From Octopus bimaculoides (Eukaryota), in assembly GCF_001194135.2 (NCBI RefSeq), contig NC_068981.1:129727427-129791426 (forward strand): DNA of 64,000 nt, read 5' to 3'. The notes beneath the pieces are model-generated. The model ran no database searches. It worked only from the letters and a program-made list of their open reading frames with translations, and was not told where the DNA came from. A program made the translations under genes and the position numbers. Of the stretch, positions 26,553 through 40,070 are shown piece by piece. Every line of letters begins with the position of its first letter. Position 1 is the stretch's first letter.

Positions 26553-27318
26553 TTGGGTTGTCCGGAAAGTTTGTGCCGATTTTTAAAGGAAAGAAAAAGG
26601 TCAATAAATACTTGCCATTGCATTTTTAATCAACCAAATATGAACTATTTTGTTGCACAATGCATCTCCATCTTTCCTTTAACTTGAAAATACCCTCTTC
26701 CCAGAATTGAGGTGGTTTCATGGTAAAGAATATATCAAGGTATCTTTTTATGTCATCCACGGAATTGAAATTTTTATCATTAAGACTATTCTGCAGAGAC
26801 CTGAATAAGTATACCCAAGCTTTACCAGGTGCTCATGAATGATGGATTTTGATTGGTTGAGGCTTTCTGCCAATTCTTGGGTTGTACAATGTGGGTTATT
26901 CTCAATTAATGACTTGATTTGGTCATCATCTGTAGTGGATGGTCTGCCTGATCGCTCTTTATCAATAAGGCTACAATCTCTAGCTCGGAACCTTGTGAAC
27001 CACTTCCATACAGTTCTTTCGGATAAAGAAACATCACCGTAAACTGCGGATATTTCTATGGTTGCTTGTGAGGCATTTTCCCTTTACAGAAAAAGAAAAG
27101 CATCATGTGCCAAAAATGAACTTTCTTATCTTTCATTTTAAAGGGTTACAGAATTAAAACGGGTTATAGGAACATAAACCTTCTTCCACGAAAAGATAGC
27201 TTAAACTGTGCTCTAAATGGAGGTGTAGTCAAATCCTATTTTATAGACTCAATCATGTTCTAAAATAAGTCGAAAGGTAAGCTACTATAAATTGGCACGA
27301 ACTTTCTGGACAACCCAA
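26553..27318 (-). mobile_element. Internally deleted mariner element (non-autonomous)
   Basis: TIRs TTGGGTTGTCCGGAAAGTTTGTGCCGATTT / AAATTGGCACGAACTTTCTGGACAACCCAA with TA on both sides. Minus strand N-terminal HTH (AVYGDVSLSERTVWKWFTRFR..RSGRP..HEHLVKLGY) is fused to the C-terminus (LFRSLQNSL..FWEEGIFKLKERW). Confidence 0.93.
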
Positions 27319-27479
27319 TATATAGTTAGTTATAGATATCTCCCACATTACAGCTACATCATGTTATGGGATTTCATACTTACAGGATTTGTATGTTATG
27401 ATCACTAATTTTACAATGTGTTGTGTAATTTCATCCTTAGGAAAATCTGGAGATGCTCTAAGAATTTAAAAACTACACT

Positions 27480-28050
27480 TTCTTGTGAGTCTCTGACTGT
27501 TTGATGATTCTTTAAGATTCCATATCTTTCTTCTTCAAATTATCTTGCAGACATTTAGGTCACATGCTGTATAGAACTCTGGAAACCTTGATCGCTCGTC
27601 ATTTCTTGTACCCTATCCATAACTTCCATGAACACCTTGGACACCATCCTTGCATTCTTCATCATATCTATTGAAGTTGCGAGCTGCAATTAAGATGCCA
27701 CTGTCATTTGTCTTAGAGGTTATCTGTAGAAAGGCCTCATATAAATGGTCCTTCTGCTCATCTTCAGGCTCTGACTGTTACCACTGAGTTGTCAATATTT
27801 GACCTGAACTTCATTATCTTTAGTCTTAATCTAACTACATAGATTACCTTTTCCATTTCATAGCTTATGGTATACCTGATCCACCACTTCATCACTTGTT
27901 TCAAACTCAAAAGAGTTTGTGCTCTTGTTCTTTGCCTGTGGGGATGACTGAGGCCCCTTTCCAACTTACTTCCTGCACATAGCATAACATTAGTCCACTC
28001 CACTAAAGCATATCTACAACCTCTCTAGCACCTGCTTTCATTGTGCCAAT
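27480..28050 (-). mobile_element. RTE-LINE apurinic endonuclease relic
   Basis: Minus strand PEDEQKDHLYEAFLQITSKTNDSGILIAARNFN..GVQGVHGSYG*GTRNDE..EFYTACDL (cf. GDFN..GVHGGYGYG.RN.EG). Confidence 0.75.
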
Positions 28051-29513
28051 GTTAGATGTAGCTGTTCTAATACTTTTAACCTGAGAAGGAGTTAAAGATT
28101 TCTAATGATGCTTTAGTTGACTGGCATCTGACTTCTGCATCTGAAAAGAATAGGAAATTTGGGACAATTGTCTGTCAATGAATGGGACATGCATGGATAG
28201 ATATTTCATTTAGGATTGGTTAGTTTGCTACCATTACTGCCATCTACCTCAATTCTCACATATGCAGGAGTCATTGTAGGTATTAAAAGAATTAATAAAA
28301 ATAACAACTAGAGTCATATTTTTAGACACTTAGTATGACAATTTTTAGTAAGATAAAGAAACAGGAATAAGAAAGTTACCTAGCAGAAAGTGGCATCAAA
28401 AAGGTTTCTAGAAATTAGGCATCAGTAGTTGCCTCTTCCCACTGCCAAAGATTTCCATTTAGCAATCAAGTAAAATATATACCATAAGCAGAAGTTAGCT
28501 GTTGAGAAACAGGTTATCTCTAGCTTACAATGCACAAGGCTTGTTGGCATAGCTGCATTACTTTACTAATGTTGTTTATCTCCTACTCTATTAACCTGGA
28601 TTTAGCATATTCTTAGTCAGAAGTATTCAAACCATGACCATTCCTTTTTAGTGTACCTACATCTACATTGTGTACTCCTTTTTTTTTTAAGACAGTATGG
28701 TAGATATAACAGGAGGGAGATTTCTTGCTATTTCTAGCAGATCAAGTAACTGTGTAGAGTTTCTATCATCAGCTCAAGTCATTTCCCATTAAATGTTACA
28801 ACTAAGGCTGCCATGACAATATAAAAGACATGGCTGCTGTGTGAAGTACATCACCTTTATTCTTGCATATGTTCTTGCCACGCCTATTGTCAAGACCAAC
28901 TCTTTTTGTAGCAGTTTCTTTTATTCAGTCATCAGATCTGGAGCAGTCTTCAAAAAACTGCAATTGTCGTTGTTATTGTTATTTATCCTCAGGTCAGCTC
29001 TGATCCAACAGATCTATAACGAAGAGACACTGTCTATGATCATCTCATCGTTTCTGCATGCATAACATTATCTAAGTTACATTATCCAATGTGTCTTTTA
29101 CATATCTATTTAAGATGATGTAATATAACATCAAAGAGATTTGATTGCTATTTCTAGCAAGTTGAATCACCATGTAGAGGGTCTAGTTGGCTCATTCAGA
29201 AGCTGTATTTTTAGTTATAGAATCCAGGCTTCCAATAGTCAATTGCATATATGTCTGCTGTCACTGGCTCTGCATGAGCTGTACTGAATTAGATATTAGC
29301 ACACTGGATTCTTATATTACTTAACTTGATAGGCAAAACTATTTACCACGTTCACAAAACACGCACAATATATATATATATCTATATATACACACACGTA
29401 CACACACACACAAATATACATGTATATATATAGAGAGAGAGAAAGAGAGAGACGATAAGAAATGGAGCAATATATATATATATTGCTCCATTTCTTATCG
29501 TCTCTCTCTCTTT

Positions 29514-29594
<81 letters not shown>

Positions 29595-29856
29595 ATTTCA
29601 GGATGGTCATTTTTTTTCCCAAATAAACACATGCGCTATATATTTGTTCTTCACTTGTTTATTACTGTTTTCATTTTAACTCATGTCCAGTGTCCAGAAA
29701 TCTTTTGTCACACATCTGTGACCTCTTCAGTGACATTTTCCATCCTTGTGTGTGCTCCTGCTCCACTTAGTCCATTCTAATAGACTAAGTGGTCCTTTCA
29801 GAAACAACTGTCACTAGACTTTTGGTTGGATTCCTAAGTGTGACCAACTGAGACTA

Positions 29857-30722
29857 CACAGGTTGTTCAGGCTTAATTTGACATTTTGCATAAAAGGAAA
29901 AGAAAACACAACATCCCCTCCAAAAATAAAAACATTTTAAAAAGTAGAAAAACGTCAACTAGATTATGGCTGGGAGATAACAGTTTGCTCAAAGTAGGTG
30001 TCCTTAGTTTCCACTACAGCCACAAGATGGCTCTGGAACCTGGCACATGCATTCCTCACTATATCCCTGGGAGGATCTTGGGACACTTCCTTGATTTTGA
30101 CCACCAACTTGGCTTTGATGTTGCAGGCCAGAGCGGTTGGTATCTTTCTCAACTGGACCCCACACATAGTAGTCCATGGGATTACAATTGAGGGAATCAG
30201 GAGGCCAGAAATTGGGGCTGGTGAAGTCATAAAAATTCTCTGACAAACACTTCTTATTCTTTCTGGAGGTATGGCAATGAGCCAAATCCTACTGCCACAC
30301 ATATGACCTTCTAGCAGCAGCCCTTTAGCTTCACATAACCATCTGAATTGAGCCTAAGGCCCTGTTCAAAGATGTGGAGTGGCATGGCATCACTCTCACT
30401 GGAGACACACTCAAAGGCCATCACAGTTTGGGAGAACCTGGTTTTCATGATGTCCATGTCACAGCTTACAACATTTACAGTGTGCATAGCACATTGAGCA
30501 GCAGTCATGATGTCAACATTTTGATACCCAGCATAAGTTATTATGATACAGGTAACTCTTTTCCAATGTTCAAATGGTTTCCAATTCTCTATATCAGCTA
30601 ACTTTTTCTCAACTACAACTAATCTTTCTGCTCTCCAACACTGTTTACTGTTCACCAATACATCAAGCTGTTCCTCAAATAAGGAGACATAAAAAATTGT
30701 CGAATTTAGCCTGATCACTCTC
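29857..30722 (-). mobile_element. Internally deleted Tc1/mariner element of maT (DD37D-like) type
   Basis: Degenerate TIRs CACAGGTTGTTCAGGCTTAATTTGACATTTT / AAAATTGTCGAATTTAGCCTGATCACTCTC, TA-flanked. Minus strand MKTRFSQTVMAFECVSSESDAMPLHIF..FWPPDSLNCNPMDYYVWG..RNACARFQSHLVAVVE. Confidence 0.85.
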
Positions 30723-31785
30723 TAGATATTATCCATCCATCTCATTCTTGGTCTACTAGTCCTCTTGCTGGTTAGCTTAGCTTGAAGAATTCATCTTGTT
30801 CTTTTCTGCAGCATTCTATATCCCCAACTGCAGAAAAAAATTGTTCCCTTTCAATACTTCTTGATACTTGTTAGTAAGATAGATGTGAATACAACTGAAT
30901 TAAAATAATATCCAATTCGGTGCAGTGATTTGATGTCTGTGTACAATGAATGCAGTTTATTAACCCACTGGTCTTCATTAATTATGAAAATGTATGCTTA
31001 TAAAAAAATGGGGTGTGCATGTAATACATATGAAACCCATTATTAGCTTAGTGTAATAATTGGTTATTCATTTATTTGTTTATTTATTCCTTCAGTTTCT
31101 TTTAATGTAATTTACTTAAGTAGCTTAATTTTGTGACAGTTGATCATTTATAAATATTCTCAACTACAACTAATCTTTATGCTCTCCAACACTGTTTACT
31201 GTTCACCAATACATCAAGCTGTTCCTCAAATAAGGAGACATAAAAAATTGTCGAATTTAGCCTGAGCACCCTCTAGATATTATCCATCCATCTCATTCTT
31301 GGTCTACTAGTCCTCTTGCTGGTTAGCTTAGCTTGAAGAATTCATCTTGTTCTTTTCTGNNNNNNNNNNTTCTTGGTCTACTAGTCCTCTTGCTGGTTAG
31401 CTTAGCTTGAAGAATTCATCTTGTTCTTTTCTGCAGCATTCTATATCCCCAACTGCAGAAAAAAATTGTTCCCTTTCAATACTTCTTGATACTTGTTAGT
31501 AAGATAGATGTGAATACAACTGAATTAAAATAATCTCCAATTGGGTGCAGTGATTTGATGTCTGTGTACAACAAATGCAATTTATTAACCCACTGGTCTT
31601 CATTAATTATGAAAATGTATGCTTATAAAAAAAGGGGGTGTGCATGTAATACATATGAAACCCATTATTAGCTTAGTGTAATAATTGGTTATTCATTTAT
31701 TTGTTTATTTATTCCTTCAGTTTCTTTTAATGTAATTTACTTAAGTAGCTTAATTTTGTGACAGTTGATCATTTATAAATATTCT
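30606..31785 (+). repeat. 551-bp tandem duplication including the right TIR of the maT element
   Basis: Copies start at 30606 and 31157 with a few substitutions. The second copy is inflated by a 10-N gap overlap. Confidence 0.9.
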
Positions 31786-32560
31786 GTTCTGTTCTTACTT
31801 GTATCATATGACCAGTTATTTAGAAGAATGTCTAATGAAATGTTTCAGCTTTATATATTCTTCACAACAATCATTTGTTTCCCCAGGATAATTCAAAAGA
31901 CACCAAACACAAACAATCCAACAGCAAAAAAAAAAACAAAAACAAAAAAAAACATAATGTACAATAACTAATTAGTGTCAGAAAATGTGTAGCATTTCAT
32001 TAATCTCAGAAAGTATACAACACCTAATTAGTCTGGAACATCACTCAAGTACTCTCCAGACCTGTGGTTTGACATTTTAATTTACCTGAATATACTTTTG
32101 ATTATCTCATGTGTGAGGAGTCATATGACATCATTGCTCTACAGTCCTCTGAAAGCACAAAATGAAAAGCCTATATTTTGGCTGCAAGTATCATTGAATA
32201 TATTATATTCCCTTAGTTGTTACCTCTACCTTCATCCATGTAATATTCCCTCCTTCCTTAAAAGTGTAACTGTAATTGTTGTTTAGCCGTGGATCAGCCC
32301 TGACTGAGCACAGTTACAGTCAGGGCCAACATTCCTGCTATGACAGTCTTTTCATTTTGTGTACCAGAAGTGCATAGTCCTTTCAGTTTTGAGACCTTAA
32401 GATGTCATTTAAGGGTTACTCAGCTGTTGTTTCTGGCTTGCTATGTGACGTCATGGCAAAACCCTTGGTTGTAGCCATGCATATGTGTTTGGATGTACAT
32501 ATATATACTGATATCTGTGTGTGTGTGTGTGTGTGTATATGTAAATATGTGTGTGTGTAT

Positions 32561-32591
<31 letters not shown>

Positions 32592-33545
32592 CTGCATAAA
32601 TGTTAAAAACAGTGTAAATGCTATGAACAATAAAAAAGACAACACAAGCTTAACACAAGATTTAATAAATACAGTATTATGCTTTAATAGGAAGAGAAAG
32701 AGCCTTAACATTTTGGATGTTAGTCCTTCATCAGAAGAAAGAGAAAAGCTTAAGGGGAATGAGAAAGAATAGCCAGTGAGAGAAGAAAACAAATGGATGA
32801 CGGGGTTAGAAACCAGTTGGGGATTTGGTTCTATAGGGCAGAATTATGAAAGGAAGGAGGGACAGGTGTATATGTGCAAGTATAGGAGTGTATCCATGTC
32901 CAGAAGTAAGTATATGATATGGGAGAGTGATATATATAGTTTTCTTTGTGTGTATGTGTGTGTGTAGAAGTGTGAAAGCACAGAAGTGTTGTGGTATAAG
33001 TTAGTAGTATGAGATGTTGGTATGTATGTGTGTGTGTTTGTAGTTGTTAAATGTGTATGATGTGAATGTGAGGAGGTGAGAATGGATGCAAATGTGAGGC
33101 AGACAGGAAGGTAAGAAGAACATGGAGAGTGTGATAGATGATGTATTTGCAAGGGTATGAGTGTAAGATGCTTTTACATAGAAGAAATGTTTCAAAGTAA
33201 AATAAGAGAAAGAAAAAATAGTAGGTCTGTGAGAGAAGAGAGGTCAAAGAATAATATAAGAAAAGATCATTTAAGAATTATGGGACACTGGCAAAATGTG
33301 TGGAGTAGCTTAATGGAGTGTCCAAAGAATGGTGAGGAATTAGTGTGAAACAAAATAGAATTTCTTACTATCCTTTTGGACACTTTGTCAAGCTTTAATT
33401 TTTTTTACTTTATTGTTTATCTCATAGAACTCATTTGGGGTATAGAGAAACATAAAATAAGCAGATGAATGAGCACACACAGACATATTCTGTCTGTCTG
33501 TCTGTTTCTCTCTCCTTGCCTCCCTCCTTCTCTCTCACACACTCT

Positions 33546-33810
33546 CTGTCCCTCCTCTCTCTGTCCCTCCTCTCTCTGTCCCTCCTCTCTATGTCCCTCC
33601 TCTCTATGTCCCTCCTCTCTCTCTCCCTCCTCTCTCTCTCCCTCCTCTCTCTCCCTCCTCTCTCTCTCCCTCCTCTCTCTCTCTCCCTCCTCTCTCTCTC
33701 CCCCTCCTCTCTCTCTCTCCCTCCTCTCTCTCTCCCTCCTCTCTCTCTCCCTCCTCTCTCTCTCTCCCTCCTCTCTGTCTCCCTCCTCTCTTGCTCTCCC
33801 TCCTCTCTCG
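33546..33810 (+). repeat. Pyrimidine minisatellite, ~15-bp CCCTCCTCTCTCTGT-like unit
   Basis: Direct reading. It explains the L/S- and E/R/G-rich ORFs. Confidence 0.9.
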
Positions 33811-35989
33811 CTCTCCCATCTCCTCTCTCTCACTCACGCTCACACTCTCTCTCTGAAAGTTTGTGAAACACTCATGTCCTTGGAAGTTGGCACAGATGGC
33901 AAATGGTCTTCCTTAAGTTCCAGTCACTCTGTTGCTGTTGCTGCTGCTGAAAACATGTTTGTGAAATTTATTTATTTTTGTTTTGGAATATGATTAATCT
34001 ATAAATAATGCCATGTAAAATATTTGGTTAAAAATCCCTTTGAATAAATAAAGTTGAAGACTGCCCATCAGACTTGAACTTGCATCTCCTGTGAACATGG
34101 ACTGAAGTAGTGTTTTGGATTTCTTTATACACTTTAGAAACTTTATTCTTATCAGTGAGACTTGTATGTAGTTGATGTTATAAGAATTTATTAGCATCAT
34201 AAGAACATGAAAGAATTCTTTTTTTTTTTTAATTTTTGGAAGAGTAAATCTTAAGGTGAATAATAATAAAATATTTACACACTATAAATAATAGTGTGTA
34301 AATATATTGGATTAAAATGCCTTTGGAAAGAAAAGGTCAAAGACTGCTAATGGGATTTGAACCCACATCTATAAACATAAGAAGTTTGATGAAAATTCCA
34401 CTATTAAAGGAGAGGGTGGATTAGGTTGTATAGTCATCTAAGGATCCATAATTGACAAAAAATGGTCATCATTGAATTCAGTGGGCAGCCATAAACAAAC
34501 AGTGTATGCATTATTCTAGTCTTATCTTGCTTTATATTTTCACTTTTCCTACCTCACTTGATCTTGCCCTTAACACCACCCTTCTTTATCAACTGACCTA
34601 GATCCCATTACAAATTCTACCACCCTTCTCTCACACTTTACTCTCTCTTTCATCTATCAAGCTTGTGATTTACTCACCATCACTCATTTGTTTTCTCCCT
34701 CTTTCACTCCCCACACCAAAAATTCTCTATCACTCATTAACTTGATTCCTTTTCTCATTAGCAATTTCAAGCCTAAACCATGATACTCTCTTATTATTTC
34801 TCTCTCTGAAGAGGAAATGTAGAAGGACAAGTGTCTGAAACTTTAGTCCTCTCTTCTTTCTTGCAACATAAAGTTTATCCCATTGTTTTATTATTTGTAT
34901 TAATTTTTACTGACTCAAAACATTACCGGTTTCTTCGGATTCTACTGTTTTATTATGTTATGCAGGTTGGCATCTACTTTTATTGAGTTAGTCATCTATT
35001 GAAAGTGTTTAGCAGTACTATTTCAGATAATCTGGGATAAGTTTTAGCTACTAGTAGCTCAAACAAAGGCTAACTTAATAACTTCATTCGGAATGAATTC
35101 CTGCTTCAGGTTTTAGGTTACAGAGTAGTCTTGAACAAGTCACAAGAATAAGTTACTGGCTAAAATTATCTATCAAACATCAAAATATCATACTATTATT
35201 TTGGTAGATTTAAGGTTGCTTTGCAAAGATTGTAGTTATTTTGTGTAAAATCCACAAGAGTGAGGCTTGGATCACAAATATAAATATTAAATTACACAGA
35301 ACACAAGTCTGTCATAGTTATAATGTTAAAGTCTGTAATAGTTTCAAAGTCATTAGTATCATCATCATCATCATCATCACCATCATTTAATGTCACTTTT
35401 TCCTTGCTGGCATGGGTTGGACAGGATGCCATGAACTGATGAACTAGAAGGCTGCACCAAGTGCTAATCTCTTCTTTAGCATGGTTCCTACTGCTGCATG
35501 CCCTTCATAACATCAAACCCTTCACAAAATGTATTTAGTATCTTTGTAACAAATATTTAATATATTTCAAATTGTATATTAATGAATTTGTTCTTACATT
35601 AACTTCTGATGTGGTCACTGATGATAGGAAAAATTTCTTGTGATTTATGTAAATATTCACTTTTTTTTCACCTTTTGTTAATTCAGATATGTAATTGCTT
35701 TTATTTTGTTACCTTTATTTGTCTTTGGGAGTTTTTATTATTGCTGTTTACATTCAGATCAATTCTTATCCAATAGACCTATAACCAAAAGTGTTCCTAT
35801 CATGACCATCCCATCTTATTTCACTTTATCTAGTGTATTTTTTAAAACCATAGGGTAAGATTTGAGGTAATTTGGCTGCTGTTTCTAGCAGATTCAATGA
35901 TTGTATATTCTTTTGAATGACTGAAATAGTAGCATGCCTGACTCAATAACTTACTATACCAACCTGATTGTTTTCTATCTTGTATATGA

Positions 35990-36520
35990 AATAGATGAGG
36001 TTGAATTTGTCTTTCATATTTCGTAAAGTAATTACAAAACTCACCTTAACTCATTCCATTCTTCTATTCTCAGTATTTAGAAAGGAAATGTTAATCCATT
36101 TCTTGACTATTTCTAATATATCCAAAGAAAGTCCTTTACTTATAATAAACTCCTTATCACAATCTACCTTCTATCTTTGGTCTACACCAATCTGTGTTCT
36201 TATATTATTCTGCTTTCCATCAAAACTGTTTACGCCTTTGATCTTGCTTTCTATCTGCTCTCTGACTAGAATATAGCCACCCCACCTATTGATTTACATT
36301 TTCCACTCCCACACATTCTAAACTACATTCAAACAAAAGCCATATGTTTGGCTAGCAAGCTTCCACTAACTAATGCTTTTCTATCACTGATCCATTGTCA
36401 AGCCATATTCTCTATTTGTCTCTTTTATATAACCACTGCAAGAGCTCATACTTCTCTGGACTTACTAAGTTTATTATATAGCCTTCACCTTAATCTTCTT
36501 AATGCACCTGTTGTTGTTCT
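35990..36520 (+). mobile_element. Decayed CR1/L2-group LINE C-terminal relic
   Basis: KLFTPLILLSI..LEYSH..LNYIQTKAICL..SICLFY (cf. YFTP.QLL.LY..EYCSH..LD.VQ.KAIRL..SLSLFY). Confidence 0.5.
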
Positions 36521-37536
36521 GTTGTGTTTCATCCATTATTCCTTTGCTTATCATTTTGTTTTCCATATGTGTTTCTCATAACCATTATCTTACAAAACTA
36601 CCTGTTTCTCTCTGGTCCCTTATGTACAGCACTTCAAAGACAGACTATTTATTTCACTTATGAATTTCTCTCAGGATTCATAGAAAGTTGTAAACATCAG
36701 TCCTTCTTATAGAAACATTGAAAAAAAAAAAAATCTAATCCTATCTTATTTATTCTACCTGTCTCTTTACTTCAAAAAGGTCTACCTTCCCTGTAAGAAT
36801 AAGAAATTAGAAATAATTTCATTCTCATTACACTTGATCTTTATAGCTTGGTGTTATTTCAGAACTTAAGTCACTCCATGCTGGTATGGGTTGGACAGCA
36901 TGACATGAACTGATGAACCAGAAAGCTGTGCCTAGCTCTGATCTCTTCTTTGGCATGGTTCCTACAGCTGCATGCCCATCCTAACATCAACCCCTTTTCA
37001 AAATGTATTGGATACTTTTTAATATATCTTTAATAATACTTCAAATTGTATATTAATGGATATGGTCTTACATTAACTTACATTAACATGGCTACTGGTG
37101 ATAGGAAAAATGAAGGATATTTCATTGAGATAGAAGGAAAATTAATTTCCTGACTGTCTGTCTGTTGACATGCTTAAATCAAGTATTTAGATAAATATTT
37201 GATATTCTTAAAATACAATCTATGAATATCTAATGAAGAATAAATTATCAAATAAGTGTGAATGTCCTCCTTTTTTATGAGTTTTCTTTTTGCACACTTA
37301 CTTACATATGTTTCACAAAATATTGACAAAGAATTCTGTTTATCGCTATAAAATTCACTGGTGAGATTTCTTGTAATTCTGATATATCTTGAGATGAATA
37401 TATTCAGATTATCAAAAGAATAACAAATATCATTAAATCTTACATCTCAAGTGTTCTGAAGAGAGCCAATTATATTCCATTCCAATAAAGCTCGCACATG
37501 CATTCACACACATGTACGTGCGTGCATACATGCGCA

Positions 37537-37570
<34 letters not shown>

Positions 37571-39139
37571 AGTGTTTGACAGAGAGAGTGGGAGGGAGAA
37601 GGGAGAAGAAGAGAAAGAGTTGGAAGTATTTATTCTGAAAAAAAAGTATTTTTTTAAAGATCTGCAAATGAATATTCAATTATCAAAACAAAGAGAGACT
37701 ATAGTAAATTAATAATCAAAATGCTTTCTATTTTAGGATAGAGAATTTTCCAGTAATTAAATAAAGCTAATTAGTGGGGAAAATTATCATAGAAATAATA
37801 CAAGTTAATTTTAAGTCCATGTGAAAGATTCTTGAGTAGGTAGTATTGAAATTGAAATTCCTTGTGAAAATGCTCCTTTAATAGAGTTATTTTGCATTAT
37901 TCTAAGTGCTGCAACTGTTGAGAGAAAATTTAGTTAGTATATTCGTTCTTATGAATGAAATATTTGAAAGATTTATGTCCTGACAAAATAGATCAGAAAA
38001 AAAAAATGTGAAATACTGTGGTTAATTATTTGAAAATTTCCCATGTGGAAGTATAATGATTCTACTTTTGGTAATTCAAATAATATGAGAAAAATTGGTA
38101 ATGAAAGAAAAATTATCTTAGAGTTCAGGTGAATAATCTTATTCACAAGTTTGTACATAAACAATATACTTTGACATAGTACAAGCTCAGATATTTTAAT
38201 GATTTTTAATGGATAGAGAATTGGATTTGAGTGTGAGGTATGAGGGAGAAAAAAGATAAACTTGATTGTTTATTTTTAGAGACTGGTTATACTTCAGTGG
38301 CTTCTGAAGACCTGAGATGAGCTAGATAGATAATTAATACTATAGATTTATCTATCCATGTATTGCATATTATATCTTTAAACTCAGCCCAAGCCAAACA
38401 TTTTTCGCATTAAATATTTCAAACTGCTGTTTTTATCTCAAAGCAGCTTTGATTACTGATGACCTCTGTATGTTTTTTTCCCTTCCTTTCTATGATGCAA
38501 AAATAAGGGAATAGCTTTTTTATTCGAGCAATAATGTATCCTTTACATACAACAACATGTTTAACATTTTACAGAATGCATGTCATTGGGTACATATCTA
38601 GAAATAGGTTAAATCATCTATGATCTCAAATTCAAACTTAGAATCGAGAATTGTGTGGCAAATAGTTTGCTCCTGGGAATTATGAAGTCTTGCAGTTTAC
38701 TAACCTGGACATTCCTCTAATGAATAGCGAGTACACACAATGGGGTGGTAGTTGGAAGAATTAGGTATGAATGATGAGAAAGCAGAAGGGAGAAGAAACA
38801 AGTCTTCAATAATCACAGTGCCCTACTTTTTTGTAATGGTTTTGGACCTCATTTTAGTATAGATACTTATTTTACTGAGCTTTTTAGCCACAGAGAAATG
38901 AAAGCCAAAGGTAAAGCATAAGCAAACTTGAAATTGGAACAACGAGCATCAAAATTAGATAAATGTTTGGTTTTCTTAGCTTCTGAACTTTTTGCATGTT
39001 GGTGTAGACTAAAAGGTTCTCTTAGAACAGAAAGTTGTCTTAGTGATAAAAACAGCAACAAACATTACTTTGTTGCAAAGATTTGCAAAGATTGGCAGAT
39101 ATTAATGTCTAAGTTACATTAACCTAATGAATATCCTCA

Positions 39140-40070
39140 AGAAGGCTAGAATTTTCAGTGTTGTTTTCTCTACTTTTACAAGCAAAATCTTTACCATCTT
39201 TTACTATATACACAGATATCAAAATAAAGAGGTATAGACAGGTACATCTTGGACAGACATAGGAAGGACCTGATTGACATACTTAACTCATTCTATATTT
39301 GGGTTATCATTGAGATAGTTAATTTTTTTTAGATGTTATACTCAATTTGGGCACCATTTCATACATACCCTACTGCAAACCTAATGAAATGTTGTTGTAT
39401 ATCAACACAGCCTCCTGCTACCTACCTATAGTGTTTAAAAACTTTGTGAAGATGTTAGTAAGAGGGTTTTGAACCTATCCTCAAATAACAACATTTTTGA
39501 TATGGTGGCTCCCTTTTACAACAAAACTTTGGCAGCCAGAAGGTTTAAGGACTGCATTACCTATATGCTGGGAAACCCACAAAAGAAAGTACCACTCTAA
39601 AATTCTCGGGTCTTTCCCTACCCTTCTCACTTAGTGTCAGAACTTATGTGGGAGGGGTCTTCTTTACACATCCCATAGGTACAGGAGATTGTTCAATAGA
39701 CATTACTTAAGGGTCTCATTCAGTTGAGTAGCCAAAATCCCACCCATAAGCTTCCATAAGAATGCTTATGTAGGGTTAGTAGTGCATGCCCAATAAAGGT
39801 CAATGCAACACCAAGGCCTTGGTCCATGAAGTAGAGATGGGGTCCAGCAGTAGTAGCAGCAACAGTAGTAGCAACAAAAGGACACATACATGGAACTATG
39901 TTGGAGCAATGGCAGGCCAATTTAATGCTAGGCTAAATAACCACAGGTTTTCTGTTAGGATCCTGAAGAGGTGCAACGTTACATCATTAACCAGCTATAT
40001 ATAGCAATTAAAAGAGGAGGGTATGCTAAACTAAATTAACTGGAAGCAGATGGTGCAAACTTTGCCTAGC
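39140..40070 (+). mobile_element. Decayed Penelope-like element (RT to GIY-YIG)
   Basis: DRHRKDLIDILNSF..IVNFLDVILNLGTISYIPYCKPN..NIFDMVAPFYNKTL, then YVGAMAGQFNARLNNHRFS..TSLTSYI*QLKEEG..INWK. Confidence 0.8.

Noticed and set aside
33850-33990. Possible exon after the pyrimidine minisatellite
   Set aside because: No consistent acceptor, open frame and donor on either strand, and no recognisable homology.
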